Origin: Candidatus Yanofskybacteria bacterium
GTDB taxonomy: Bacteria > Patescibacteriota > Minisyncoccia > 2-02-FULL-40-12 > GWA2-44-9
Assembly (NCBI GenBank): GCA_020847715.1
Contig: JADLBM010000014.1
Span: 14,420 to 78,419, forward strand
DNA length: 64,000 nucleotides
Reading direction: 5' to 3'
Positions 10,901-18,840 of the stretch are shown in pieces. Position 1 is the stretch's first letter; every line of letters begins with the position of its first letter. The translations under genes were made by a program, and so were the position numbers. The notes under the pieces were generated by a model. The model did not search any database. It had not been told where the DNA came from and saw only the letters and a list, made by a program, of their open reading frames with translations.

Positions 10901-10985
10901 TTGGAATGCCCGATGCGATGACCGTGATTGCCGCTCCTGCGCGCTTCGTGCAGGAATGAAGGGGTTGCCGCCTGCTTCGATATAA
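7974..10985 (+). CDS. UvrD/PcrA-family helicase fused to a C-terminal PD-(D/E)XK nuclease
   Basis: AGPGTGKT, VDEHQD, GDAKQAIYRFQGA, NYRS, MTAHKSKGLEF, YVALTRA; GKIDKV..IDYKTG..QLVFY. Confidence 0.93.
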   Translation: MPTTPEFERRYGMLNPRQKEAVDAIDGPVMVIAGPGTGKTTILTLRIANILTKTDTPPDAILALTFTESGAAEMKARLAVFIGTDAYRVTMTTFHSFCNGIIQEYPESFGALAGAASLAETDQAVLVQELIDTTAGLELLRPVNAPDLYLKAVLASINTLKREDVEPERLRQIAEQQERAVMTADDVYHEKGAYKGTMKGVYSDALKQASKLKELAAVYQAYQHALRERKLYDYNDMVMEVARTLRTDEELRLLLQERYHYFLVDEHQDTNNAQNTVIELLASFWERPNLFVVGDAKQAIYRFQGASTENFTYFQNKYQEVRLIELDANYRSSQALLDAAHGVRPSGGDGLHAQSAHPDALISLLACSDPDAQSWIVTQRIREYIEQGTPPEQIAVLYRDNADGLALAEFLQRANIPYAISATRDMTADPLMRQLLAILDAAAQFGSAEALYPALHAPVLAIDPLDLYKLIDACRQGRNPYDVMRSPALMHQAGIDDVPRMQALAASLARWSRQMRQPTAAETLELVVRESGVLDAAVADADSHDRLALLHGLYDRIRSHVQRDRALTLAAFVEHLAFLRERGISLTAKGGGVAPGKVRLMTAHKSKGLEFDVVVLIDCVDGHWGSRTRRSLIKLPPEVFAKPAGAVPSAPEGDDEERNLFYVALTRARRQVILALPERDRDGNEQLPARYIADIRPELVVRPEMAAAEEAWTAARAVRFAAAPERAAQIGEKAFLNDLFTRQGLSVTALNNYLACPWRYFYSNLVRIPEAPAFALMYGNAVDRALQEYFDKLREGERGTKAELCAIFERFLADQPLQTVELARARARGIAALSAYYDRYHSEWHANIINQLRIPAVELADGLILNGKIDKVELLDASGAVRVIDYKTGAPKSRGHIAGTTKSGDGNYLRQLVFYKLLLDRWQNGRYRTGVGVIDFVEPDERGKLHREEFALTPAMVSELEAIIQRVAQEIRELTFWNARCDDRDCRSCALRAGMKGLPPASI

Positions 10986-11024
10986 AAACGACCCCGCGCG
11001 AAGCGCGGGGCGGTGAAGAACTGG

Positions 11025-11141
11025 CTACTTGCTGGGCGAGGACGCTCGGCAGAGCTTCTTCTGGATGGGTCTGCGAACCAGCGCCCACCACAGGATGCGC
11101 ATGCCGATTGCGGCGAGCGCGACGGCGACGATCCAGGTCAT
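11025..11141 (-). CDS. Small membrane peptide (38 aa)
   Basis: GAGGAG RBS; MTWIVAVALAAIGMRILWWALVRRPIQKK... Confidence 0.5.
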   Translation of the reverse strand: MTWIVAVALAAIGMRILWWALVRRPIQKKLCRASSPSK

Positions 11142-11150
11142 GTTCTCCTC

Positions 11151-11342
11151 CTACTGCCGGAGCAGGTTCTGGAGACGGGCAGCTTCCGCTTCCTCCTGCT
11201 GTCGGCGCACCTTCGCGGCGTGCTCGGCGGTGTAGGTCCGCCGCGCCCACCGACTCAACGACACGGCGGCGAAGACGGCTCCTGCGATGAGCGGGAACGC
11301 GACGGCGGTGACCGCCGCCACCTTCTTTTGGCCCTCGGTCAT
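11151..11342 (-). CDS. Small membrane-anchored protein (63 aa)
   Basis: AAGGAGG RBS; single TM followed by a charged helix. Confidence 0.6.
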   Translation of the reverse strand: MTEGQKKVAAVTAVAFPLIAGAVFAAVSLSRWARRTYTAEHAAKVRRQQEEAEAARLQNLLRQ

Positions 11343-11405
11343 ACGACCTCCTTCGAAATCCATTATAGCATATACAACAGAAAAGTCAACTATCACGCAA
11401 CCGGA

Positions 11406-11499
11406 CCACCCGGCCCCTGGAAGGGTCAGTTGCTGTACCAAAGCCGAGCGGACAGCGATGGCGGCGTTACGCACTCTGACCCGAGTAGGGGCTGGGTGG
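11406..11499 (+). repeat. Structured dispersed repeat, copy 1 (56-nt core 11425-11480 in a 13-bp outer stem)
   Basis: Core 54/56 identical to 58076-58131. Confidence 0.85.
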
Positions 11500-11570
11500 G
11501 GAGGAGGCGTGAGCGACCGTCCACATGTGCGGCGTTGGCGCCTGTAACAGGTTGCGCTATACTGGGGTAC

Positions 11571-13586
11571 GTGAAGATCATCAACGTCCTGAAGGACGAT
11601 ACGCTCGCAGAGATCCTCGATCTGTTCCGGCAGGCACCTGCCGGCGAGGTCATCCTCGTCTTGCCCCGTGTCGGCAAGCTCTTTCGTACCGAAGACCACT
11701 TTGCGGCGTTCGCATCGGAGGCCTCACAGGGCGGAAAAACCGTTTCCTTGCTGACTGCGAACGCAACCACCGCGCAACTAGCGCGGAAGTTCGGATTTAC
11801 GGTTATGGCGTCGGGAAATGTGAAAAAGCCCGTTGCGGTGAAGGGAAAGAAGAAGGCGACCGCGCCCACTGCTCAGCTTGCGACCGCGCCGCTTCCCGCG
11901 GATGACGACATTCAAGACTTCGGAGACAACGCCGATCTTGGCGATGTTGTCCTCCCTTCGGATCAAACGATGGGCATTAGTCCGAGCGGCTCCGATGAAG
12001 TAGATCCCCTCCACGGCATGACGCTCCTCGATGAAGAGGGGAATCCAGTAGACGAGAACGAAGATGGGGAGCCCGACCAGCCCGACAACGACGACCTCAC
12101 CATCGGCGACGAATCGGCCGACCTGCTTGCGGCGTCCGAGGATGCGCCCACCGCAACGCTCGCTGCCGCAGTCGATGGCATCCGGCACGGCACCACTCGG
12201 AAAACCATCACACCCGCCGCTCGAGCAGAGCGTCCCATGAGGGTACCCGTTCAGCGTAGTGCCGCTCGCGATGACCTCGACTACATCGACGCCATGTGGC
12301 GCGATAAGGTTGGCCGCTCTTCGGCCCGCCCGCTCGCATCCTCACGACTTGCGGCGCGCATCCCGTCGTTCCTATCGCGCGTATTCGGAGGTGCGGCGCG
12401 TTCGCTAGGCACCGTTCCGACATCAAAGCGTGTGGCTGCTGGTATGTTAGGGGGCACCATCATTGTTCTCGCGGCTGTCGTCTATATGGTGACCGGTTCC
12501 GCACGGGTTTCCCTTGTTCCGGTTGCGCACTCGGTGGATGCTCAATACACCGTGCAGGCATCGGATGTCTTTTCGAGCATCGACGACACATTCCTGAAGA
12601 TTCCGGGGCAGCTCCTCGAGGTCAGCAAGACGCAGTCCGTTACGGTTCCTGCAACGGGTACGCGGGATGTTGCCTCGAAGGCACGGGGGAGCATCGTCAT
12701 TTCCAACGAGTACTCGTCATCCCCGCAAACGCTCATCGCTACCACCCGTTTCCGCTCCGAGGACGGCCACATCTTCCGCACGCTCCAGTCGGTCGTCGTC
12801 CCTGGAAGCACCATGGAAGCCGGAAAGCCGGTTGCGGGGACGGTTCGTGTTGAGGTTATCGCCGACAAGCCGGGTCCGGAATACAATGTTCCCGCTGGAA
12901 AGTTTGTCATTGCGGCATTCCTCGAGAAGGGCGACACCGAGAAGGCCGGCAAGCTGTACGGAACGTCGTTACAGACGATGTCTGGCGGCGCGAGCGGACC
13001 GTCCAAAGTCGTCACGCAAGCTGATTTTGACCAAGCCAAAGCGCTCGCAACGGCGGGTGTAAAAGAACAGATCAAAGCCGCGCTTGCCGCGCAGGGGAGC
13101 ACGCTCATGGTCATTCAAGCGGATGCGCCCACGTTCGCAGAGGCGCAGGCGACTGCCCAGCCGGATGACGCGGCAGAAACCGTCACCGTCACCGCATCCG
13201 CGCGACTCAAGACCATCGCATTCCGAGCGGAAGACCTCAACGAGCTCATCCGCCGATTTGCGCTGAAGAAGGATCGTCTTGTTGTCGATCCTGGAGCACT
13301 CAAGGCTGAATACACCGAGGTGCGCTTCAAGGAGGACATGGGGATTTTGAGTTTCACACTCTCGCTGACCGGCTCTGGCTATCAGCCGATTGACGTATCG
13401 GCAATTCAGAAGGATGTCGCTGGCAAGAATGGCAGTGAGATTCGTGAGTATTTCCGCCAACAGAGCGAGATTCAGTCTGCCACCATCACGCTGTCGCCAT
13501 TCTGGGTGCGAAGTGCGCCTGCAAAATCGGGCAGAATCCACGTCGATATCGTATTCCCAGCCGAAGGCGAGACATCCACGGAATAG
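11571..13586 (+). CDS. Conserved CPR-type membrane protein with baseplate-J-like C-terminal region
   Basis: Acidic linker, one TM, KARGSIVISN, TTRF, ADKPGPEYN, MSGG, LSPFW motifs. Confidence 0.75.
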   Translation: MKIINVLKDDTLAEILDLFRQAPAGEVILVLPRVGKLFRTEDHFAAFASEASQGGKTVSLLTANATTAQLARKFGFTVMASGNVKKPVAVKGKKKATAPTAQLATAPLPADDDIQDFGDNADLGDVVLPSDQTMGISPSGSDEVDPLHGMTLLDEEGNPVDENEDGEPDQPDNDDLTIGDESADLLAASEDAPTATLAAAVDGIRHGTTRKTITPAARAERPMRVPVQRSAARDDLDYIDAMWRDKVGRSSARPLASSRLAARIPSFLSRVFGGAARSLGTVPTSKRVAAGMLGGTIIVLAAVVYMVTGSARVSLVPVAHSVDAQYTVQASDVFSSIDDTFLKIPGQLLEVSKTQSVTVPATGTRDVASKARGSIVISNEYSSSPQTLIATTRFRSEDGHIFRTLQSVVVPGSTMEAGKPVAGTVRVEVIADKPGPEYNVPAGKFVIAAFLEKGDTEKAGKLYGTSLQTMSGGASGPSKVVTQADFDQAKALATAGVKEQIKAALAAQGSTLMVIQADAPTFAEAQATAQPDDAAETVTVTASARLKTIAFRAEDLNELIRRFALKKDRLVVDPGALKAEYTEVRFKEDMGILSFTLSLTGSGYQPIDVSAIQKDVAGKNGSEIREYFRQQSEIQSATITLSPFWVRSAPAKSGRIHVDIVFPAEGETSTE

Positions 13587-13590
13587 GCCG

Positions 13591-13619
13591 TTGACAGCCT
13601 GAAAGGGGTCTGCTATCAT
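13591..13619 (+). promoter_or_regulatory. Sigma70-type promoter of the infA/ribosomal protein operon
   Basis: TTGACA-17 nt-TATCAT with TG extension. Confidence 0.7.
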
Positions 13620-13674
13620 GGCCTAGCTTTGTTGCTCTGCCTCAGTGGCAGACTTCGGGCTTTTGTAAGCACCC

Positions 13675-13887
13675 TTGAGCGACCAGAAAAAGCAAAAAGT
13701 CATCGGCACCGTCATTGAGGCGTTGCCCGACGCCACGTTCCGCGTCCAGCTCGACGACGGAACCGTTGTGCTGGCATACTTAGCGGGCCGCATGCGGCTT
13801 CACTATGTCAAAGTTATGCTCAGCGACAAGGTGACCCTCGAGCTGAGCCCCGACCGCACCCGTGGCCGGATCGTATATCGCAACTGA
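13675..13887 (+). CDS. infA: Translation initiation factor IF-1
   Basis: [31 protein letters not shown]; TTG start. Confidence 0.95.
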   Translation: MSDQKKQKVIGTVIEALPDATFRVQLDDGTVVLAYLAGRMRLHYVKVMLSDKVTLELSPDRTRGRIVYRN

Positions 13888-13897
13888 GTCTTCTGCT

Positions 13898-14011
13898 GTG
13901 AAAGTACGCGCTTCTGTAAAACCGATGTGCAAGAACTGTAAACTCGTACGGCGCAAAAAGCGCTTGTATTGTGTGTGCAAGATTGCAAAGCACAAGCAGC
14001 GTCAGGGATAA
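13898..14011 (+). CDS. rpmJ: 50S ribosomal protein L36
   Basis: [37 protein letters not shown] (not in ORF track). Confidence 0.95.
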   Translation: MKVRASVKPMCKNCKLVRRKKRLYCVCKIAKHKQRQG

Positions 14012-14029
14012 CACCTATTTCAATTCCAC

Positions 14030-14416
14030 ATGCCCCGTATTTTCGGTGTCACGATTCCAGATAATAAGAAGATCCTGTACTCCTTGCCGTACCTGTTTGG
14101 CATTGGGTTGACGACCGCGGGGGTCATCTTGAAGAGCGCGGGTATCGACCCGACCAAGAAGGCCAGCGAACTGTCGGGTGAAGAGCTCGGAAAGATCCAA
14201 AAGATCATCGAGCGCGCATACAAGATCGAGGGAGACCTTCGCAAGGAGATCGGTTCCAACATCAAACACTACCGTGAGACGGGGACCTGGCGCGGCTCGC
14301 GCCTCGCTCGCCGCCTGCCGGTGAAGGGCCGCAGTAAGACCAACAGTCGCACGACGCGCGGAAACGTTCGCCGGACGATGGGTTCCGGTCGCGCGAAGGC
14401 AGCTGAGAAGACATGA
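14030..14416 (+). CDS. rpsM: 30S ribosomal protein S13
   Basis: MPRIFGVTIP, EGDLR, LPVKGRSKTNSRT. Confidence 0.96.
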   Translation: MPRIFGVTIPDNKKILYSLPYLFGIGLTTAGVILKSAGIDPTKKASELSGEELGKIQKIIERAYKIEGDLRKEIGSNIKHYRETGTWRGSRLARRLPVKGRSKTNSRTTRGNVRRTMGSGRAKAAEKT

Positions 14417-14424
14417 TCTGACAT

Positions 14425-14859
14425 ATGGGAAAGAGGACTATCATCACAAAAGAAGGAGAATCCGCCGCCCCCGAGGCTGCTGCAGCTCCCGCACGCAAGA
14501 GCGCCAAGAAGCAGGTGCTCAACGGTGTCGTGCACATCAATATTTCGTACAACAACACGCTCATCGCCGTGTCTGATTTGGCTGGCAATGTTATCGCATT
14601 CTCCAGCGCCGGCCTTTTGGGCTTCAAGGGGAGCAAGAAGTCCACACCGTACGCCGCCAACCTCGTCGCAAAGGATGCCGTTGAGAAGGCAAAGCGGTTT
14701 GGTCTTACCAATGTTCGCATCGTGGTAAAGGGCGTCGGTCCGGCTCGTGAGAGCGCCGTCCGCGGTGTCGCCGGTACGGGTCTCAACATCACTTCACTGA
14801 TGGATACCACGCCGGTTCCGCATAATGGCGTGAAGTCTCCGAAGCCTCGCCGCATCTAG
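14425..14859 (+). CDS. rpsK: 30S ribosomal protein S11
   Basis: SYNNT, GFKGSKKSTPYAA, DTTPVPHNG. Confidence 0.97.
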   Translation: MGKRTIITKEGESAAPEAAAAPARKSAKKQVLNGVVHINISYNNTLIAVSDLAGNVIAFSSAGLLGFKGSKKSTPYAANLVAKDAVEKAKRFGLTNVRIVVKGVGPARESAVRGVAGTGLNITSLMDTTPVPHNGVKSPKPRRI

Positions 14860-14871
14860 CAATTTCTACAC

Positions 14872-15516
14872 ATGGCACGTTACCTCGGACCAAAAGAAAA
14901 GATCGAACGACGACTGGGCGAACGCCTCGGGTTGAAGGGTGAGCGCAGCAACTCACCGAAGTCAGCTCTCGTGAAGCGCCCGTATCCGCCCGGCCAGCAC
15001 GGCAGCGGACGTCGTCCCCGAAAGCTCTCTGAATTCGGTACCCAGCTGCGCAGCAAGCAGAAGGTCCGCCAGATGTACCGCCTCCTTGAGAAGCCGTTCA
15101 AAGCATATGTGAAGAAGGCGCTCGAGAATGTGAAGCGCGAATCCCCGTACATCGGTGTGGTGCGCTCACTGGAAACCCGCCTCGACAATGTCGTCTTCCG
15201 GATGGGTATCGCACAGTCCCGCGATCAGGCTCGCCAGATCGTCGGTCACGGCCACATCACGGTGAACGGCAAGCGCGCGAAGACTCCTTCGTACGTGGTC
15301 CGCATTGGTGATGTCGTCGGTGTTCGCGAGCAGTCGAAGGCGTCCCCATACTTCACCGCCCTGTTGCCCCGCTGGTTCGCCACCTATGTCGTTCCTGAGT
15401 GGCTCGAGGTCGATAAGACCAAGCTCACCGGTTCGCTGAAGGCGATTCCGACGGCAGATCAGAGCGGCGTTCAGTCAGGCGACCTGCAGGCACTCATCGA
15501 GTATTACAGTCGGTAA
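14872..15516 (+). CDS. rpsD: 30S ribosomal protein S4
   Basis: MARYLGP, PPGQHG, LETRLDNVVFR, ARQIVGHGH, EYYSR. Confidence 0.97.
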   Translation: MARYLGPKEKIERRLGERLGLKGERSNSPKSALVKRPYPPGQHGSGRRPRKLSEFGTQLRSKQKVRQMYRLLEKPFKAYVKKALENVKRESPYIGVVRSLETRLDNVVFRMGIAQSRDQARQIVGHGHITVNGKRAKTPSYVVRIGDVVGVREQSKASPYFTALLPRWFATYVVPEWLEVDKTKLTGSLKAIPTADQSGVQSGDLQALIEYYSR

Positions 15517-15606
15517 CCATAATCTGCGTCCTCAGCGACGGTTCCGCGAGTCCCCACCCAGTAACCTCCTTCCCTCGCGATTCCCGACCCGAGTCCGCAT
15601 GCAGTC

Positions 15607-16344
15607 ATGATCCAGCTCCCCGAAGCAATCAGCGTAGTGAAGAAAGAAGGAAATGTTGCCGTCTTCGAGATCGGTCCGTTGATGCCGGGCTATGGAGCTA
15701 CGGTCGCAAACCCGCTCCGCCGCGTGCTGCTCTCGTCCCTCGAGGGCGGTGCGGTCACCTCGCTGAAAATCAAGGGTATCGACCATGAGTTCGCCGCGAT
15801 TCCGGGCGTCCATGAGGATATCATCCAGATCATCCTGAATCTCAAGAAGCTCCGCTTCCGCGTCTTCACCGACGAGCCGGTTCTTCTGAACATCGTCGCA
15901 AAGGGTGAGACCACCGTTACCGGCGAAGACATCCAGCTTACATCGGATGTCGAGCTCTGCAATCCGGAGCAGGCCATCTGCACGCTTACCGACAAGAAGA
16001 TTACGCTCGAGATGGAGCTCACGGTCCAGAAGGGTCGTGGGTATGTGTCCGTGGAGCAGCGCCAGAAGGAGAAGCTCCCCATCGGCGTTATGGCCGTGGA
16101 TGCCGCCTTTTCGCCCGTCCGCGTGGTAAACTTCACCATCGAAGATGTCCGCGTCGGGCAGCGCATCGACTTCAACAAGGTCGTTATGGAGGTGCAGACC
16201 GACGGTTCCATCCAGCCCGAGCAGGCGATGAAAGAAGCGGCGACCATTTTGGCCGACCACTTCAATGTCGTCGCCCAGATCGCGGTGCCGGAACCGGAGG
16301 CAAAGCCCGCCAAAAAGGCCAAGAAAGCGAAGAAGAGCGAGTAA
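15607..16344 (+). CDS. rpoA: RNA polymerase alpha subunit, lacking alpha-CTD
   Basis: PLMPGYGATVANPLRRVLLSSLEG, GRGY, DAAFSPV, RVGQ; position between rpsD and rplQ. Confidence 0.95.
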   Translation: MIQLPEAISVVKKEGNVAVFEIGPLMPGYGATVANPLRRVLLSSLEGGAVTSLKIKGIDHEFAAIPGVHEDIIQIILNLKKLRFRVFTDEPVLLNIVAKGETTVTGEDIQLTSDVELCNPEQAICTLTDKKITLEMELTVQKGRGYVSVEQRQKEKLPIGVMAVDAAFSPVRVVNFTIEDVRVGQRIDFNKVVMEVQTDGSIQPEQAMKEAATILADHFNVVAQIAVPEPEAKPAKKAKKAKKSE

Positions 16345-16382
16345 CTGGACTGAAATACTAAGTCGTGATATTGTAAAGCGCC

Positions 16383-16730
16383 ATGAAACGTGGAAGCAAC
16401 AGACTATTCGGCAGGGAATTCCAACAGCGCAAAGCCTTTCTGAAGGCCCTGTTGACGGCACTCGTGAGCCACGGCAAGATCCGCACCACGGTTGCCCGCG
16501 CGAAGTCCATCCGTCCTGCCGCTGAAAAGCTGGTCACGCAGGCGAAGCGCGGTACACTGGCGAGTCGCCGGCTCCTGCTCCGCTCGGTCGGCACCAAGGC
16601 GGCCGCAACGCTCGCCAAGGATATTGCGCCGAAGTTCGCTTCTCGCGCTGGGGGATACACCCGCATCGTGAAGCTCGGCCAGCGCGCATCCGATGGATCG
16701 CCGATGGCAGTCATTGAATTTGTCCAATAG
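16383..16730 (+). CDS. rplQ: 50S ribosomal protein L17
   Basis: HGKIRTT..RAK, RAGGYTRIVKLG.R.SDG. Confidence 0.96.
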   Translation: MKRGSNRLFGREFQQRKAFLKALLTALVSHGKIRTTVARAKSIRPAAEKLVTQAKRGTLASRRLLLRSVGTKAAATLAKDIAPKFASRAGGYTRIVKLGQRASDGSPMAVIEFVQ

Positions 16731-16733
16731 ACC

Positions 16734-17075
16734 ATGATCGTACACGAGATTGACGCAACCAATCAGTCCCTCGGCCGCATGGCGAGTCGCATCGCGATGA
16801 TGCTGCGCGCCAAAGATACCCCGGGCTGGACTCCGAACATCATGCCGGAGGTTCAGGTGGTCGTACATAACCTCGATAAGGTCGTGTTCAAAGGCACGAA
16901 GGCAACCAGCACCGTCTACTACCGCCACTCGGGATACCCGGGCGGCCTCCGCGAGCGCACGCTCGAGGAGATGTGGGAGCGCAACAAGAAGGAAGTCTTG
17001 CGCCTCGCCGTTCGTGGCATGTTGCCGGAGAACCGCCAGCGCGATCAGCTGCTCAAGAACCTCATCGTCAAATAA
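16734..17075 (+). CDS. rplM: 50S ribosomal protein L13 (short)
   Basis: IDATNQSLGR.AS, YYRHSGYPGGL, AVRGMLP. Confidence 0.95.
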   Translation: MIVHEIDATNQSLGRMASRIAMMLRAKDTPGWTPNIMPEVQVVVHNLDKVVFKGTKATSTVYYRHSGYPGGLRERTLEEMWERNKKEVLRLAVRGMLPENRQRDQLLKNLIVK

Positions 17076-17080
17076 GCACT

Positions 17081-17623
17081 ATGGCATCCACTGACACCAC
17101 CAACCTGCAGGAACCGACGACCAATCCGACCTTTGTGGACACCGTCCGCGAGGAGGATGATATCGATCTCGGTCCCGTGACGCTCGAAGAGCTCCCCGAG
17201 GGTGCTCGCGAGAAGTACTTCGAAGCCGTCGGCCGCCGCAAGGAGGCTGTTGCCCGCGTCCGCTTGATGACCCGCAAGTCCGGCGATCCGGCGACCGAGG
17301 ATGCCGCACTCATGACGGTCAACGGCAAGGACTATGCCGCATACTTTTTGGATAAGAACCTCATTCTCCGCGTCGAGCAGCCGCTCCGCCGCCTGAAGTC
17401 GCTCCAGCGCTTCAAGGTGAGCGCAAGGGTGCAGGGTGGTGGTATCTCCGGACAGGCTGATGCGGTTCGCCACGGTATCTCCCGCACGCTCGAGCTCTTC
17501 GACGCGAACTTCCGCAAGAAGCTCAAGAAGGCAGGATTCCTCACCCGCGACTCCCGCAAGGTGGAGCGCAAGAAGCCGGGGCTCAAAAAAGCACGAAAAG
17601 GACCCCGCTGGGCGAAACGATAA
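17081..17623 (+). CDS. rpsI: 30S ribosomal protein S9 with acidic N-terminal extension
   Basis: GRRKEAVARVR, GGGISGQADA, LTRDSRKVERKKPGLKKARK. Confidence 0.97.
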   Translation: MASTDTTNLQEPTTNPTFVDTVREEDDIDLGPVTLEELPEGAREKYFEAVGRRKEAVARVRLMTRKSGDPATEDAALMTVNGKDYAAYFLDKNLILRVEQPLRRLKSLQRFKVSARVQGGGISGQADAVRHGISRTLELFDANFRKKLKKAGFLTRDSRKVERKKPGLKKARKGPRWAKR

Positions 17624-17915
17624 CATTCTGGCGATCTGCATTGTTGCAGGTCCGCGATGGCCGACCTTCTGGGTCGGCTTTTCGCACGACCCGGTCGGCA
17701 TCGCTCTCCGGTCCTCCCTCACCGTATGCCCGATACGGCTCGGTTCGGTCCTCGCCTGCGCCTCGCATCTCATCCAGAATGTTACGTTTCGGAAGATGCT
17801 CACCACTCGCTCGGACCTCGTCGGGGTCGAAGCGGATTTATCGCTGATTGAGAAAAGCGCGTAGAATGGTTGTAAGCCATTCTACGGTGCGGTATAACGG
17901 TGACGGAGGTGAGGG

Positions 17916-18134
17916 ATGCCAAGCTACGGCATACAGTACCTGGCGGACTACGAGGAGCTCGGGAAGACGACGGAGCGGGTCATTTTTCAGGCAAGAGACG
18001 ACCGGCGAGCTATCCGCAGTTTCTGTCGACGTGCGGCCAACCTGCGTTGCAGACGCGACAACATCGAGGGCGAGATTTTCCTGTTTCGCCTCAATCGTCG
18101 ACACACTGACGGCACCAGAATCGCTATCGCCTAA
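17916..18134 (+). CDS. Hypothetical protein (72 aa)
   Basis: TATAAC, GGAGGTG RBS, terminator at 18144-18166. Confidence 0.6.
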   Translation: MPSYGIQYLADYEELGKTTERVIFQARDDRRAIRSFCRRAANLRCRRDNIEGEIFLFRLNRRHTDGTRIAIA

Positions 18135-18208
18135 CACGTTGGCAGAGCCCTTCCCGGGCTCTTTTTACTGCCATTGCCAGCCCCGCTGCAGAGTGATAGT
18201 ATTCTAAC

Positions 18209-18455
18209 GCGACTGGAAAGTCTCTGGCGGGGCTGGGGGAAGACTCCAAGAACCCAAGGTCAGCCGTTGGAGTACAGGGACGAGAGGGGATTGCTTCGTA
18301 CGCGAGGCAATAGCCCAGACTGGTAGCTAAGGCAGCTAATCCGGCAGGACCGGAGCCGAAGCTCCAGAGTCGGGGACTTAGACTCCCTACGGGAGTGCAC
18401 TCCGTATAGGGAAGTCCGGACTTAGTCCTCCGCACCAACCGACTGGTACAGTCGC
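18209..18455 (+). ncRNA. Unidentified structured non-coding RNA candidate (~247 nt)
   Basis: TTGCCA-17-TAGTAT promoter ends 7 nt before a closing stem GCGACTG/CAGTCGC; several internal hairpins; intrinsic terminator 18463-18492; no + strand ORF of 60 aa or more. Confidence 0.65.
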
Positions 18456-18546
18456 TTCGTACACGCCCGCGCTTCGGCTCGGGCGTCTTTTTATTTGCAT
18501 ATTTACTTTCTCGAAGATTAGTGGTATAAAAGCTGCGGAGGCTCCT

Positions 18547-18771
18547 ATGAGCATTTTGGGTAGATTCAGTGCATCGGCGTTGCTGTTGTTCAGTGCGGGT
18601 CTTTTCTCCGGTGTGATGCAGAGTCAATGGAGCGCCGCAGGGCGCCTCATGGTCGGCATCGTCTGTATCGGGTGCTTCGGCATGACCATCGCGAATGAGG
18701 TGATTTCCGCGATTCGCGACTCAAAGCGAGAGGGGTCAGCGGGTGCCGGGGATACCGCAGGCATCAAGTAG
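18547..18771 (+). CDS. Small two-TM membrane protein
   Basis: TGGTATAA promoter-like sequence, GGAGG RBS, terminator 18794-18819. Confidence 0.65.
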   Translation: MSILGRFSASALLLFSAGLFSGVMQSQWSAAGRLMVGIVCIGCFGMTIANEVISAIRDSKREGSAGAGDTAGIK

Positions 18772-18840
18772 GCGCAACTCGCATGCGAGTTCTGAGTCCG
18801 CCCCGCGGACTCTTTTCTTCCCAATTTCCGGAGGTGAGAA

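Noticed and set aside
11425-11480. c-di-GMP-I riboswitch or twister ribozyme
   Set aside because: Only short word matches (CAAAGCC, TAAC..GCC); required helices are absent and copy 2 is not upstream of a gene
11571-13586. Prophage, from the baseplate-J-like domain
   Set aside because: Membrane-anchored single gene among housekeeping genes; no other phage genes
18209-18455. tmRNA, SRP RNA or RNase P identity (GGGGCTG...ACCA, CAGGACCGGA and AAGTCCGGACTTA look-alikes)
   Set aside because: No T-arm, helix 8 cannot pair, and RNase P conserved regions are incomplete
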